NCBI RefSeq assembly: GCF_006345805.1
Contig: NC_043010.1
Location: forward strand, 54,560,001-54,624,000
Length of the DNA stretch: 64,000 nt
Source: Octopus sinensis
Lineage: Eukaryota
Reading direction: 5' to 3'
Each line of letters begins with the position of its first letter. The first letter of the stretch is position 1. Made by a program: the position numbers and the translations under genes. Shown one piece after another: positions 37,061 through 51,100 of the stretch. Below the pieces are notes generated by a model. That model saw only the letters and a list, made by a program, of their open reading frames with translations, did not search any database and was not told the origin of the DNA.

Positions 37061-37063
<3 letters not shown>
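36621..37063 (-). mobile_element. SINE family B, full length
   Basis: Tail, second module, internal (CA)n(TA)n, CORE-like domain and head all present. Confidence 0.9.
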
Positions 37064-37118
<55 letters not shown>

Positions 37119-37675
37119 CCAATATATATGTATACACACGATCATATTTATATTTGTATATATATGTTTATAATATTGTATCTGTGTCCGTGCGTTTCTG
37201 AGTGTTTATGTACAAAACGAAATATGCGTGCGAGTGTGTGTGAATAGGTGAGCATGCTTGTGCGTTTGCTTGTGTGTTAAAATGAGAAACTTTTAAAATA
37301 ATGATGCCTTTACATAAAGCTAATGTATTTCAATATGTATATGCCACATCTAAATACATATATAATGTTAAACGAGAATATATTACGGTAAGACGATATT
37401 GAATATTGAGTATCGGGTTATAGCAAAATATTTTCTTTATGAAGAATATCAATTTCATTTCTCTATCCATAAGTGTAGCATCTACGTATACTTATATGGT
37501 TTCATATGCGATCATACATATATATAGGAGATGCATGCATGAGTGTATGTGCGTATGGAATTTCAGACAGAAAACTCACGTGTGTATACATATATATTTA
37601 TATATAATAATCCATAGATACATGGATATATATACATACACATATATATATATATATATATAGATCGATATATTC

Positions 37676-37709
<34 letters not shown>

Positions 37710-38304
37710 TTATGCACACACATTCATATATTAATACGTGCATGCATGCATGCATGTACGTATGAATTGATGTATTTTTATGGAAATATAAAAGAGGAGT
37801 GGTTATGAATATACATGTGCATTTCAATGTCATGCATTATATATGTAAATTTTTAATGCACCTTCATCTGTGGGTCCATTAGAAATTTAAATGTTTCTAG
37901 CATGTAGGTGGTGGGTCAGTATAATAACATTAAATTTTATCCATGTTCAAACATAGGTACATATTTTTTTTCTTCTGATAACCAGCGATTACATGTGCGC
38001 TCCTATGCTTGAGGTGTATTGCATTCTACATTAGATATAAGGATGTAAGAGACGAAATATGAAGCAAGGTGCTGTGACATATCTTTCTAAAAAATAGTTG
38101 TATCTTGTCTTTGCATTCGTAGAAACAGAGACGTATACCCCAACATAGTCACCACAGCATTGATACATACATACACACATACACACGCACACACAAAACA
38201 CAGACGCACACACACTCACAAACACACATTCACACATACACGCACATATATATATCTTATATATATATATATGTATATAAGATAGCAAAGTGTACGTACG
38301 CCGC

Positions 38305-38335
<31 letters not shown>

Positions 38336-38556
38336 ATAATACACATACATATACATACATATGTGTTTACATGTGTACACCCTGAAAAACTACACTTATA
38401 ATGGTGCCAGGATGCATCTGCAACTGACACTAGCATGTGCAGTGGTCACGCTTGTAGTTCATGAAAAATATAATAACATGTTGTGGAAATTTGTAAAGTA
38501 AGGAAAGTACATTTTCAAGTTGAACAAGTTACCATCCTGTATGTAATCATGTACAG

Positions 38557-38614
<58 letters not shown>

Positions 38615-39660
38615 TTCCCACTTTCACACATGCACAGACACACACACACATACAAACAAGTACGCGCGTATATATGTATTCAGGTATATATGCGTATATC
38701 TTTAAACCAATATTTCTTAAATGAAATCGTTCATCAGCCGGTTGAGTCAAAACACTTAAAAACCGAGCTTTTCTATTTTCTTTTATTTGGACTTATAGGC
38801 TTAAGCGAAGTGTAAAGGAGAATTATGAAAAGGTACGATGATCGAATTTCTTATAATTTTATGATTTCTCTATATATTCGTCGTATAGTGAGTTCATTCT
38901 ATGCGAGAATATTTTACGATACAACAAAAAAGATTAATACAGACATAGACACACAAGTGGGCGCCCAGGCATAGACAATTATACATATGGAGTGTGGGTA
39001 GAATCGGATTTCCCATTAGTTTGTGTAAAGAATATTTCCCACTTTAAAACGGTATGAAAAGTATTTATTAATTGATATCGATTGCTAGAATGAATTAACA
39101 AACTCATTTGATTTTTCAACACAAAATTATATATTAATAACAAAAGTAGTATTTACGGTTGTATAATTTTATGTATATTTGTTGAACATTTTAAATAGTT
39201 TTCTTATGTGCAATATAATTTACTTCTTGGTTCAGACTATGAAATAAATATTTCATAAATGTTTTTCTAATTGATTTAGAGTTATTTTCTATAGTGCTTT
39301 TATTGTGAGCGCAAATTTACATTACGTACGAGATTGTTTACATTTCATCATAAATCTTAATTTTAAAATGAAGTAATGCTAGAAAATATTGTAAGCTCGT
39401 ATAATACCCATTGAAAATTGGCCATATTAATTGCTTTTGAGAACAGGAAGCGTCAAACAAAGTTGAAAAATAATATACCTGTAGGTGATCTCAGATATTT
39501 ATTATTAATAAATAAATGTATTTTATTTTCAGGTATTACATTTATTTTCCAACACGTCACATGTACGATTAATGCATCATCATTGAATTTTTGAGTGAAT
39601 TTCATCGAGACATTAAAAGATATACAAATTACATTGCATTGACATTCATATATATGCTAT

Positions 39661-39702
<42 letters not shown>

Positions 39703-39749
39703 CACAGACATATATAAATATATATATATATATATATACACATGGATAC

Positions 39750-39792
<43 letters not shown>

Positions 39793-39854
39793 CCACATAT
39801 ATATATACACATACATACATTTATATATATATATATATATATATATAAACGTAA

Positions 39855-40161
39855 AAACGTTGCCCTTTTCAAGCCTAGCCAGGCTCATGGGCCAGGTTTC
39901 TCGGTTTCTGTGGCCTCTCTGTTCCCCCCAGGTGGATAAGACGCCAGTCCATCGCAGCGATACTCAAGAAACAGAAAGAGAGAGAGTGAGAGAAAGTTGA
40001 GGCGAAAGAGTACAACAGGAGTCACCATCACCCCCTTCCGGATCCTCGTAGAACTTTTAGGTGTTTCCGTATAATAAACACGATGCCCGGTCTGGGAATC
40101 GAACCCATGATCCTCCGACCGCGAGTCTTCTACCCTAACCATTGGGTCATTGCGCCTCCAA
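39855..40161 (-). mobile_element. SINE family C, tail type 3
   Basis: Head ttggaggcgcaatgacccaatgg; tail ctgcgatggactggcg..gaaacc..catgagcc..gcttgaaaaggg like 23909-24211. Confidence 0.85.
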
Positions 40162-40173
40162 ACACACACACAT

Positions 40174-40224
<51 letters not shown>

Positions 40225-40434
40225 TGTATATCTACACGGATATACATTCATACAGATATTTTTACTCCTCAATTGTCACAATGCATATCGTATCGATTTG
40301 CACCAGAAGAAAAACGCGGCGGCCTGTATGAGGATCGATCACACAATGTAGCGTTCGTAAGTGCAACCCCCTTAAACGCTAATCCACCTGTCTTCACGCA
40401 AACACACACGCGCGCGCCTATGTATGTATATATG

Positions 40435-40474
<40 letters not shown>

Positions 40475-40820
40475 AAAAAGTATATAAGATAGAGAGAGAC
40501 AGACACTGAGACAGACACCAAACGTTTAATGCAGGGTGTTAACGATTCTGTCAGGTCCCTGCTATAGAAGTAGTGTAGTAGTAGTAGTAGTAGTACTAAT
40601 AACTACGGCACTCTTCTAATTTATATTTAATAATAATAATAATGATGATGATGATGATGATGATGATGATAAGTTGATAAAAAAGTACCAGTTACTTCCA
40701 CAAAATAAGCTCCAGTTACATCGATCTCACTTGAGTACTGGGGTCGTAATATGCCCTCCTCGAAGATTCAAAGAGTTGTGCTTATATTGCTAACAATATT
40801 TATCAGGGTTGTATTTGATT

Positions 40821-41158
40821 CTGTGAAGACGCATGGCTCAGTGGTTAGAGTTTCGAGCTTACGATCGTGAAGTTGTGTGTTCGAATCCGTGACAGGTCTG
40901 CATGGTGCGTTCTTGAGCAAGACACATTATTTCACGTTGCTCCATTTCCTTCAGCTGTAGAAATGAGTCACGACGTCACAAGTGCTAAGCTTTATCGTCC
41001 TTTGCCTTTCCCTTGGATAACACTGGTGGCGTGGAGATGGGATGCCGGTATGCATGGCGACTGCTGGTCTTCCATAAACAACCTTGCCCTGACGTGCCTA
41101 GGCGGGTAACTTTCTAGGTGCAATTCCATGGTCAGTCATGACCGAAGGGGGTTTCAGC
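40821..41158 (+). mobile_element. SINE family D (tRNA head + CORE-like domain)
   Basis: tggctcagtgg, tgttcgaatcc, ttcttgagcaagacac..cagctgtagaaatgag; atttgatt repeated at 40813-40820 and 41159-41166. Confidence 0.85.
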
Positions 41159-41385
41159 ATTTGATTATATTTAATGATTCATACATCTATTTAATAAGCA
41201 CTTGATATCCGGTTTAGAATTTTTACAAATTATACATACACCATTAACTTAGTTCAGTACTCTAAAGATTCCTTTGAATTCTGCTTGTAGCATCTGGCTG
41301 TAATCCTTAGGAAATCACTTCTTTATACTTCCTAGGTGATGATCGGGAAGAATTTTAAGTTATAGCTGACAAAGTACTAACCGGT

Positions 41386-41775
41386 GTGGAGGCGCAATGG
41401 CCAAGTGGTTAGGGCAGCGGACTCGCGGTCATAGGATCGCGGTTTCGATTCCCAGACCGGGCGTTGTGAGTGTTTATTGAGCGAAAACACCTAAAAGCTC
41501 CACATGGCCCTGGCAGAGGATGGTGGTGATCCCTGCTGTACTCTTTCACCACAACTTTCTCTCACTCTTACTTCCTGTTTCTGTTGTACCTGTACTTCAA
41601 AGGGCCGGTCTTGTCACTCTCTGTGTCACGCTGAATATCCCCGAGAACTACGTTAAGGGTACACGTGTCTGTGGAGTGCTCAGCCACTTACACGTTAATT
41701 TCACGAGCAGGCTGTTCCGTTGATTTGGATCAACCAGAACCCTCGTCGTCGTAACCGACGGAGTGCTTCCACTCC
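41386..41775 (+). mobile_element. SINE family C, tail type 1, nested in an older SINE A
   Basis: TSD actaaccggt/accaaccggt at 41376-41385 and 41776-41785; SINE A sequence resumes at 41786-41870. Confidence 0.9.
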
Positions 41776-42631
41776 ACCAACCGGTATTTCATCCGGCTCT
41801 TTACGTTCCGAGTTCAAATACAGTCGAGCTCACCTTTCCCACGCATCGTTTCGGGGTCGAAAATATGAACCACTTGAGAACTAGTATCTGTGTAAACGAC
41901 TAAACAGAAACGCTGGTTTTTACCCCAAAATTTGAAATTACTTCTTAATGATAAAATTACTTTCGTGATAAAACATTGTATACAATATAAATAATTTTTT
42001 ATATCTTCAGATTTAACGAATATTCACAAAACAATTTGATTTCAAATTAAGTAATACAGTTTGGCACAAAATAATTTTAAATTATAATCATGTAATTGCC
42101 GTCTAGTAAAGAGATCAGTTCTCAATAAATATATATCGCATTTAAATGCTAATAATGTTCTGAAGAGTACATCATTATTGTTAGCAGTGTTTTCAGATTG
42201 CAGACTTATCGAATTAGTTTGCCAATACGTTAAATATGAAACATAATTATTCATCTGTTCACGTATGATATTTCCATATGTGAAAAACAAGTGACATATA
42301 TAATTCAAAATTAACATTAATCTATGTACTGTTATAGAAACATCACGTAGATTGAACAAATATGTATTGCTCTTTCGAAGCAAGTTTTGAAATTCATACA
42401 ACAGCATATCAATGATTTAATATTACAATTAAATCACGTTTATACATGTACACACACACACACACGCACGAGCGCTCACATACAGACACACAGACACACA
42501 CATACATGTAACTACGATTATATGTATATGTGCAGTCAATTGATATAAACAAACATTTCATATAAACGAATAAGAACGAAATAGTGGTCCTGCATATGAA
42601 ATTTACTAGCTTCACGCTCGTGTGTATGCAG

Positions 42632-42739
<108 letters not shown>

Positions 42740-42947
42740 TGTAAGAGAAGGGCAGATAGAGAGAGACAGAGATATAGACAGAAACAGAGACGGATGTGTA
42801 TATATATGTATATATAATATAAAATGCATAATTGCCGGAGATGATGAAGCGTGGACTAGGTAGTGTTGCATAAATCTCGGAGACTCTAATTTCTGAGTTC
42901 ATCAGTTACTGATTTAAATATTGTTTGTGATAAAACTTGTATCAATA

Positions 42948-43245
42948 AGCTGGCAGAAACGTTAGCACGACAGGCGAAATGCGAAGCGGTATTTCGTCTG
43001 CCGCTACGTTCTGAGTTCAAATTCCGCCGAGGTCGACTTTGCCTTTCATCTTTTCAGGGTCGATAAATTAAGTACTAGTTACGCACTGGGGTCGATGTAA
43101 TCGACTTAATCCGTATGCGTGTCCTTGTTTGTCCACTATGTTTAGCCCCTTGTGGGTAGTAAAGAAACAGGTATTTCGTCTGCTGCTACGTTCTGAGTTC
43201 AAATTCCGCCGAGGTCGACTTTGCTTTTGTTAATTCGGGGTCGAA
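42948..43245 (+). mobile_element. SINE family A plus partial tandem unit
   Basis: Full body, then gaaacaggtatttc re-entry at 43164-43177. Confidence 0.9.
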
Positions 43246-45181
43246 GTTACCTGATACATTGGCGATAGTGCCATCTTTTCCACTCCAGCTTATCTCGGCT
43301 GCATTTCAACTAAGAAGTGAAAGAGCCTGAATATCTGCCGCTGAAGATTATCTCCGACGTGCTTATGATACCTGAGAGTTTACCACCTTAGTATGGATGG
43401 AAAGCTGTTTCAACGGCTGTACATACAGGTTAGAAGAGGTAATGTAAGGGAAATATATCCCGCAAAGTATCTTGCCAGAGAGTTTTGTAAAAATATTATC
43501 GGAACTAGTGAATTGAAACATTTAAGAATTTTCGATAAAATTACAAAAAACAAAAAAAAAATGTATAGCCCAGTAGGAAATCTATGGACACTTGCAGAGA
43601 GGTTCGTTTCGCTAAAGTGCTAAAATATAACGAAAATCCACAATATTCCTATAACAGATATTGCTGGAAGACCATATAAAAATGCCATATGAATATTTCC
43701 TGGTATTTTGAGGAAAATTATTGAATAAGAATGATCTCAAACAGCGCTGCTCGATGGGTGATATTTTATTAATGCTTTGAAAGTGATTTCATATAAAAAA
43801 ATATCACATGTTTCAAAACATCGCTTAAAACTTCTTGGGAGAAAAGCGTGAAAATGTCGTTAATATGATGCACATGCTAATATGCAGTGCATAACAGTTA
43901 TCTTAAGTGCTATAGCCAATAAAATGGTTTTGTCCTTGCATAAAAGAAGCATGTGTGACCAAAACGCATTTTGAATATTGTTATTGAATTTACTTTTACA
44001 GAGTCGAAGACCGATAGATTGAATGTCAAAAATATGACACGGTTGAAAAAGAAAATTCCGACGTCCTTTAGCCACAAGCACGACGTCAATTTCGCGATCT
44101 ATGACCAAACCGAAAGTGTTTATTGCTATTTTATTCCATATATTTTATGAAAATTTTCAGAAAATGAAAAATGGGAAGAAAACAGAAGTACATTTTGGCA
44201 AAGGAATTTAATATAAATCTAGCTTCTCAGCGTATTCATGAATTATGCAGTTAAGTAATATCGACATGAGCACCATTTGGAAAGATATAGGTATGTGCTA
44301 ATGATTTTTTCTGAACTTCAGAAATCGGAATATATCATGGAAGAATTGACTAGTACTGAAACAGTGATGGACTTTGAAAAGAAAGCGACGATGAAAATAG
44401 GTATGAGTTTCTTGTTTTAAATTCGGAAGAAGTAACAGAACGCGTTCTTCGTAACTATTCAATATATGAGGGTTCACACAAAAGCAGGACTCGTAACAGA
44501 AACAGAAATACATAAATTAGAATCAAAGAATTTCTTAGGAATTTTTAGAGATTTGACATGTAAAACTCATAATGGACATTGACCCTAACATCGAATATCT
44601 CATTAAAATTCGGTGAGATCAAGATAAAAAAAAACTGTTCATTGTTACATTGTCACATTGTCCGTGCTGGGAAGGGGATGAAAAACACAAAAAACTCAAT
44701 TCAAAAGAACTTCACTTATTGATTTTATATAAATAATTTCGTTGAAATTAATATCATTCTCTCCCCATTTTATTTGAACGACAGCAAGAGATAAAATATA
44801 TAAAGTTGATTTTAATTCCCATTTTGATTATGCTATTTTACAATGGGCTTCGTTAAAAGAAAATATACAGAAAAATAAGGATCATTGCTGGCTATTTGAA
44901 TCACACTGAATAATATTCAAATACATTCGGTTTGCATGATAAGGATATTTCATTGAATCAATTGGCACTCGTACTTGGCTCTCTCTCTCTCTCTCTGTCT
45001 ATATATATATCTATATAGTATACAAAGAGACGGATAGAAGACAAAGGTTAAGAGAGATTGAGAAGAGAGAGAGAGAGAGGAGAGAGAGAGCCAAGTACGA
45101 GTGTCATTGATTCAATGAAATATCCTTATCATGCAACCGTGTATTTGAATATTCTCATATATATAATATATATATATATAC

Positions 45182-45289
<108 letters not shown>

Positions 45290-45401
45290 TGTATGTATGT
45301 ATAATAAAAAAGTCTGGGTAAGTTAAGAACCTGTTTTGCTGGAACGAGGAGTTAATATCCTGCAAAAACACACATCTCTCGCTATACGTAAAGACGCACG
45401 G

Positions 45402-45501
45402 NNNNNNNNNNNNNNNNNNNNNNNNNNNNNNNNNNNNNNNNNNNNNNNNNNNNNNNNNNNNNNNNNNNNNNNNNNNNNNNNNNNNNNNNNNNNNNNNNNN
45501 N
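45402..45501. other. Assembly gap (100 N)
   Basis: Run of N. Confidence 1.
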
Positions 45502-45512
45502 CACACACACAC

Positions 45513-45546
<34 letters not shown>

Positions 45547-45553
45547 ACATATA

Positions 45554-45689
45554 TAAATCCACTCAACGGCTTTGGTCGGCCCGAGGCTATAGTAAAAGGC
45601 ACATGCCCAAGGTGACACGCAGTGGGATTGAACCCGGAACCATGTGGATCATAAGCAAGCTACTTACCACGCAGCTACTCCTGCGCCTA
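45554..45689 (-). mobile_element. SINE family B, 5' half
   Basis: aaatccactca..cccgaggctatagt..gaacccggaacc..ctcctgcgcct. Confidence 0.85.
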
Positions 45690-45844
45690 ATTAAATACTT
45701 ACGACAAGCAGAAAATAAAATACTCTGTCGTAGAATCGGACGCTAATTTTCAAATTCGCAGAGAATGTCTGCTCCGAGAATCTAATCTTCAATAAATTCG
45801 CTTCATGCTCCAATCTTCCTATATATCCGTTCATATAAGTATGC

Positions 45845-45886
<42 letters not shown>

Positions 45887-45887
<1 letters not shown>

Positions 45888-45958
45888 GGCGGTGCCCCAG
45901 CATGGCCACAGCTCATTAGCTGAAACTGGAAAAATCAAAAATCAAAATCAAAATCATA
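45887..45958 (+). mobile_element. Isolated LINE/SINE 3' tail
   Basis: ggcggtgccccagcatggccacagctc..gctgaaac followed by (aaaatc)n; related to the SINE B tail. Confidence 0.6.
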
Positions 45959-46272
45959 TCTATATATATATATATATATCCGTACCTTTAAGAGGATCTC
46001 CCTCTCGCTCACTCTCTCTGTTTCTCTCTGTCACCTGTCTCTCCATCTACAATAGATACCTATGTGTGTATGCGTGTGAGTTTGCTCACATAAATAGAAA
46101 CTCACACGAATGTATAAATGGCTGTAATCCTATGTGATTGCATGTGAACATTTCAGTGGTTCTTCGCGTGTATGAATCTTCAGTAGTTTTAAATGTGTAG
46201 ATTCATACGAATCTCTCTCATACACCTCTCTCTATCTATCTATCTATCAAACCATATATATGCGTGCGTTTG

Positions 46273-46305
<33 letters not shown>

Positions 46306-47271
46306 TATATATATATTATATATATATGTATGTATGTATAATATATATATAATATATATATATCATACATAATGTTGTCGTCTATTTTTTATTTTCCTAC
46401 TATATCAAAATTCTATATTATTATCCTTCTTTTTCAATAATTTTAAAATTATCCACCTATTATATTTTACATAACATTATTTTTTTCACTTGACATCATA
46501 TAATTTTATCAACGTATCAATATATTATATTATGATATTATTACATTATTAAAATATCATATCATTATTTTACTGAAGCTATTTCACACACACATATACA
46601 GCGAATATTACACACACAGCTTCATTTTCATGTCTCAACGAACGGGGAAATTTACACTAATAACAAGACACCATCACATGAACGAAATTTAGTTATTATG
46701 GTTTTTCACGCAGTTCACATGGGTTAGCGCAAAGTATACATCACACACAAACGCAAATTTCATCATAACACATTATGTATTTTGCGCACAATTTATGGCC
46801 ATAACGCAGCACCGAACACGAAATTTGTGAATTATCACAAAGATACGTTATTTTTAGAAATACGTACACCATTTAAGTAACATACAAAGTTATAACGTAA
46901 TATTCCATATAGCCATGTATACATTTGGTCTTCTGCATTCAAATAAAGACACACACAGACGCACAAACACACACACACACACACAGAATCCATCCCAAGC
47001 ATAGACACACACACAAACACAAACACATACACATATATTTGTTAAGCAGAGTCGATTTTTCACAATTCTGTAAATAACAGTAATATTTTAAAAGTTTATA
47101 AGCGATCATTGCGCAATGACTAAAGAAAATGGTCTGATAATGGGGTACATAAGTCCTTGAGAGAAAAAAGTAGGCTTTCCTGTACGCGCAGGACTCGAAC
47201 CCACGCTCCCTTTGTTGACCAAGTGCCACGTATCAGAGGCGGTTTCACATATTAGTGTAGCACATTCAACT

Positions 47272-47340
47272 GTGGTGCCCCAGCTTCGCCGCAGCTTTCG
47301 GGCTGAAATATTTTTAAGGATTTAAGGATTTAAGGATTTG
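47272..47340 (+). mobile_element. Isolated LINE/SINE 3' tail, second copy
   Basis: gtggtgccccagcttcgccgcagc..gctgaaa followed by (taaggatt)n. Confidence 0.55.
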
Positions 47341-47761
47341 TAATGGAAAAGATGTTCCACTGTCATTGGATATTAACGTTCTTACTTTCGTTATTTCTTT
47401 ATTTTCTATATTTTACAAAACACATTGAAAGATTTTTTCTGTTTTCTGTATCCAAGGAGATTTAATGAAGTGAAGCGCAACTAGGATTTTCACAAATGCA
47501 TCTGTCTATGACCGCACATGTGTATGATCGACTATCATACCACTTTGATCGTCTTCAATCATGAACTCCCAAAATGTTAATGCTTGTTAAATGAGCATGC
47601 GAATGCGTTCGGCATCTATAAAATTAATGAGCTTTATCATTGAATTTATCAAAACTAAACATCAAGGGTGGTAATAAATATGATGTTCTCTTAAACAGAT
47701 ACACCTGTCAAAACATTTATGTATATTTTAAATAATTTAAATATGTATGTATATGCATCTA

Positions 47762-47812
<51 letters not shown>

Positions 47813-47940
47813 ATCTATATATAATTATATATAATATATATATATGTATATATATATGTTTATATATATATATATAGTACACATATATATTATATATATA
47901 TATATATTTTATACATATATATATACATATATAGAAGATA

Positions 47941-47981
<41 letters not shown>

Positions 47982-48130
47982 TTACAGATATATGTATTTA
48001 TCAATATAACATATATATATATGTTTTGTCTCTAATAATATTTTATAATATTTACTATAAAATTGGATTTAATCCTAACTATTTTTTTTTTTTTTCCCTG
48101 TAAATTTGGATTTATTCCTAATATTTATAT

Positions 48131-48170
<40 letters not shown>

Positions 48171-51100
48171 TATAGGGGTGGTTTTGCCTATGTGTGTAGT
48201 GTCTGTCGGAATTTGTATTTAATTATTAATTTGATTTTGAACATAACGATACAGATATTTTCAAAGCTTTTATTTCGTTTGTACTAAAAACATTCACCGC
48301 ATATTTTGACAGTTGATATTTTAAATATATGGAAGCATGACGTAAATAATGTCTATGGAATTGTGGATTTTTTTTTTCCTGTGCTAAATAATACAGGAAC
48401 GTGCTTAAACACCAATTTAATATAAACTTTGCGTTATGAAATTATTCACAGAATTAGAATCAATTCATCATAATGTCTATTGATCGTAAAGAAAAAAAAA
48501 CGATATAACAAGATAAATTATTAAACAAACTGTTATGTTATCCAAATAAATGTACAAACAATGCTTTTCAGAATCTGAAATGTGTTTGTCAATACTTTAA
48601 TACGTTTGTTCAAGAAATAGGAATCAGACGTGTTATAAATAGGAAAAGACGTGTTATATAAATAACACGTCTGTTTTAAATATGTAATACAAGAACATTT
48701 ATATAACCGAATTAACCGACAGATTTCAAGTGAAGTCTATACTTATATGTGTATACATGTATGTGACTAAATACACACATGAATGCTCTTACATACACTC
48801 TCACTCTGAGACAGAGACACATACATGCATATAGAGATAGATATTTATGTATGATGAAAAGTGCATTATCTCTCCATTTAACACGTGTGTCAATTGATTT
48901 AAATTGCCGACAGTATATATTGAATGTTTTTGCATGGAAACCGTCCTTCATAAGAGGAATGAAAGCAAACGCTAACAACCACAGATAAAGGAATGACGAT
49001 AGAAATAAAGAAAAATTGAGCAGGTGTTATAAATTCATTGAAATGTAATCTATATTTGTGACAAGATTTCTTGTTTTGAAAATAGGCATCTTTTCAAATG
49101 CTTCTAAATTGATGTGCAAGTACTTTGACATCTTCTCATTTTCTATTATCTAAAGCAGTTTAATCTTCTTCACGAGTGTTACTTTCTCTTTTATTACTGT
49201 TACCTGGCTGTAGAATCTGTCTTTCGCTTTCTCATTTCCTCTATCAACAATACTCCGCTAGTTTTCCCCGCTCTCTCTATCTCTGCCATTTATCCTTCGC
49301 TTATTTCGCGATGAGAAATGTGTTATAATATTCCAAGTCCTCCACCTTCTTGTTGCTCCAGTGAATAGTTCCTTCATATATTTATCAGTCTCACTCTCTC
49401 AATGTATCTCTATTCCACACCCTGACGTTGTACGTGTGTATATATATGCATGCGCACGCGTGTGTGTTTGTGCGAGGAAGTTAATCCCCTCAGAAATACT
49501 GCATCCGAAGTCTAACCTATGTGAAGCTATGGATGGCAGTGCAAAACCTTTCTCACAGTGGTGTTCATCCAAGGGTTGTAAAGAAAAATGAAGACCCTTG
49601 ACCAGGGGAACTTATAATATGTGGCCGATATTTTTGATCCAACAAACACCATTTTAGAAGTGTTGCATGTAAATGATAATGCAGAAGAATCCAGCCCTAA
49701 TAAAATCGGCACCAAAATAATTGACTGTTGACTCAAGGTAAATATAGAATGTGAAACATATATAATCTCACAACCGTTACCTAAAGTGGATATCGGTTTA
49801 TCATGTGAACTGGATATGTTTAGTTCAAATGGATTATTCCATGCAGGCTATCCTACTCTCATGAAAAATGTACTTAAAACAACTTCAAAATGTAGTAAAA
49901 TTTTTGGCACATATGTATACGTTACACACACACACGCACGCACGCACACCAACATACACACACATACGTAAACATCCATAGTAAGCTCCTGTCATTAGTA
50001 ATCTGGTTGTGTCGTCCAATCTCTGGTAATACTTTATACAATTCTATCGTACAAAGCACACCTCACACGGAATGATTTCAAATTATTATCAAGCATTATT
50101 TTATCGCTGGACATGTGCTTTGTGAATACAGGATTGCGTGATAGCCATCTCAGAATAGTTCTCATGTGAAGCGGGACGACTACATGTAGCAAGACTCATC
50201 TTTTATTAAATGTACATCTTCATTTTCTCATAAGATTTCTCTGACGCAAATGCTGAGGACAAATAGCTTGTTGCATAACTGTCATTGTACATTTTTCTAA
50301 CATGTGTTAGTTCTTTAAAAAAAAAAAAAAATGCACCATACTGTTGCAATTTCATAAGACTAATTCGTTTGTCCAAATATTTTCATATCTATATACACCT
50401 CATCTGCTCTCTTCTTAGTAGAAACAACTCGAAATATTTTCTAATTAGAGCTAAAAAGATGTGGTGCATCCTTTATGTTCTCTAACTTCTTACACTCAAC
50501 AACATACATTATATGGAACTTAAAATTCATACGTACGAGTGCAGTTAGTCCCCGTTAATTACGGTAGGAAGACAGGTGATCTTATCATTTAAATTATATA
50601 ACATAAAATGGGGTTCTTTTCTACAACCATTATAAACGGTTGTGCTTAAATCCACTTACAAGGTTAATCATTTAAATTCCATAAATATAAAGTTCCATTC
50701 CTATAAGTACTTACTACAAATTTATACATTCAATAGACACGCCGTCGTACTAAAGTGAATGTTTTATTGATTAGTCAACGTCCAGACGTTTACTTGTAAA
50801 ATTCCTATCACACACTTCTTGTTTGAATGTTGAAAAGTTAGGTCCTGGATGAAAACTTATAGGGAAGACGTAAAGAAAGTCACATTGAGGATATCATATA
50901 CTTATTTAAAAAAAGCTGAAATTGAAAACATCGAGATCAAGTTGCTTTCAAGATTATGCTGAAAAAAGAAATCAATGTTTTTAATAAACTGATATGTCCA
51001 TACCTTGACTGTATGTAAGGAAAGGCCGATTACATGTCTTTTTACTTTAAGAATCTCGAGGACTGGCGGTTACCGGACGGCAGACTTTTCACAGGAAAAC

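Noticed and set aside
38700-38745. Minus-strand CTGATGA...GAAA
   Set aside because: No helix II pairing, and helix I is out of register.
44291-44321. 31-nt GT-AG mini-intron with a gctaat branch-like motif
   Set aside because: Very short for a typical metazoan intron, and splicing it gives an in-frame stop.
47172-47240. tRNA-like B box gggttcgagtcc on the minus strand
   Set aside because: No cloverleaf or acceptor stem can be built; at most a decayed SINE head, not a tRNA gene.
49650-49690. LEVLHVNDNA resembles the cadherin DxND motif
   Set aside because: Only ~8 residues match and no other cadherin motifs are in frame.
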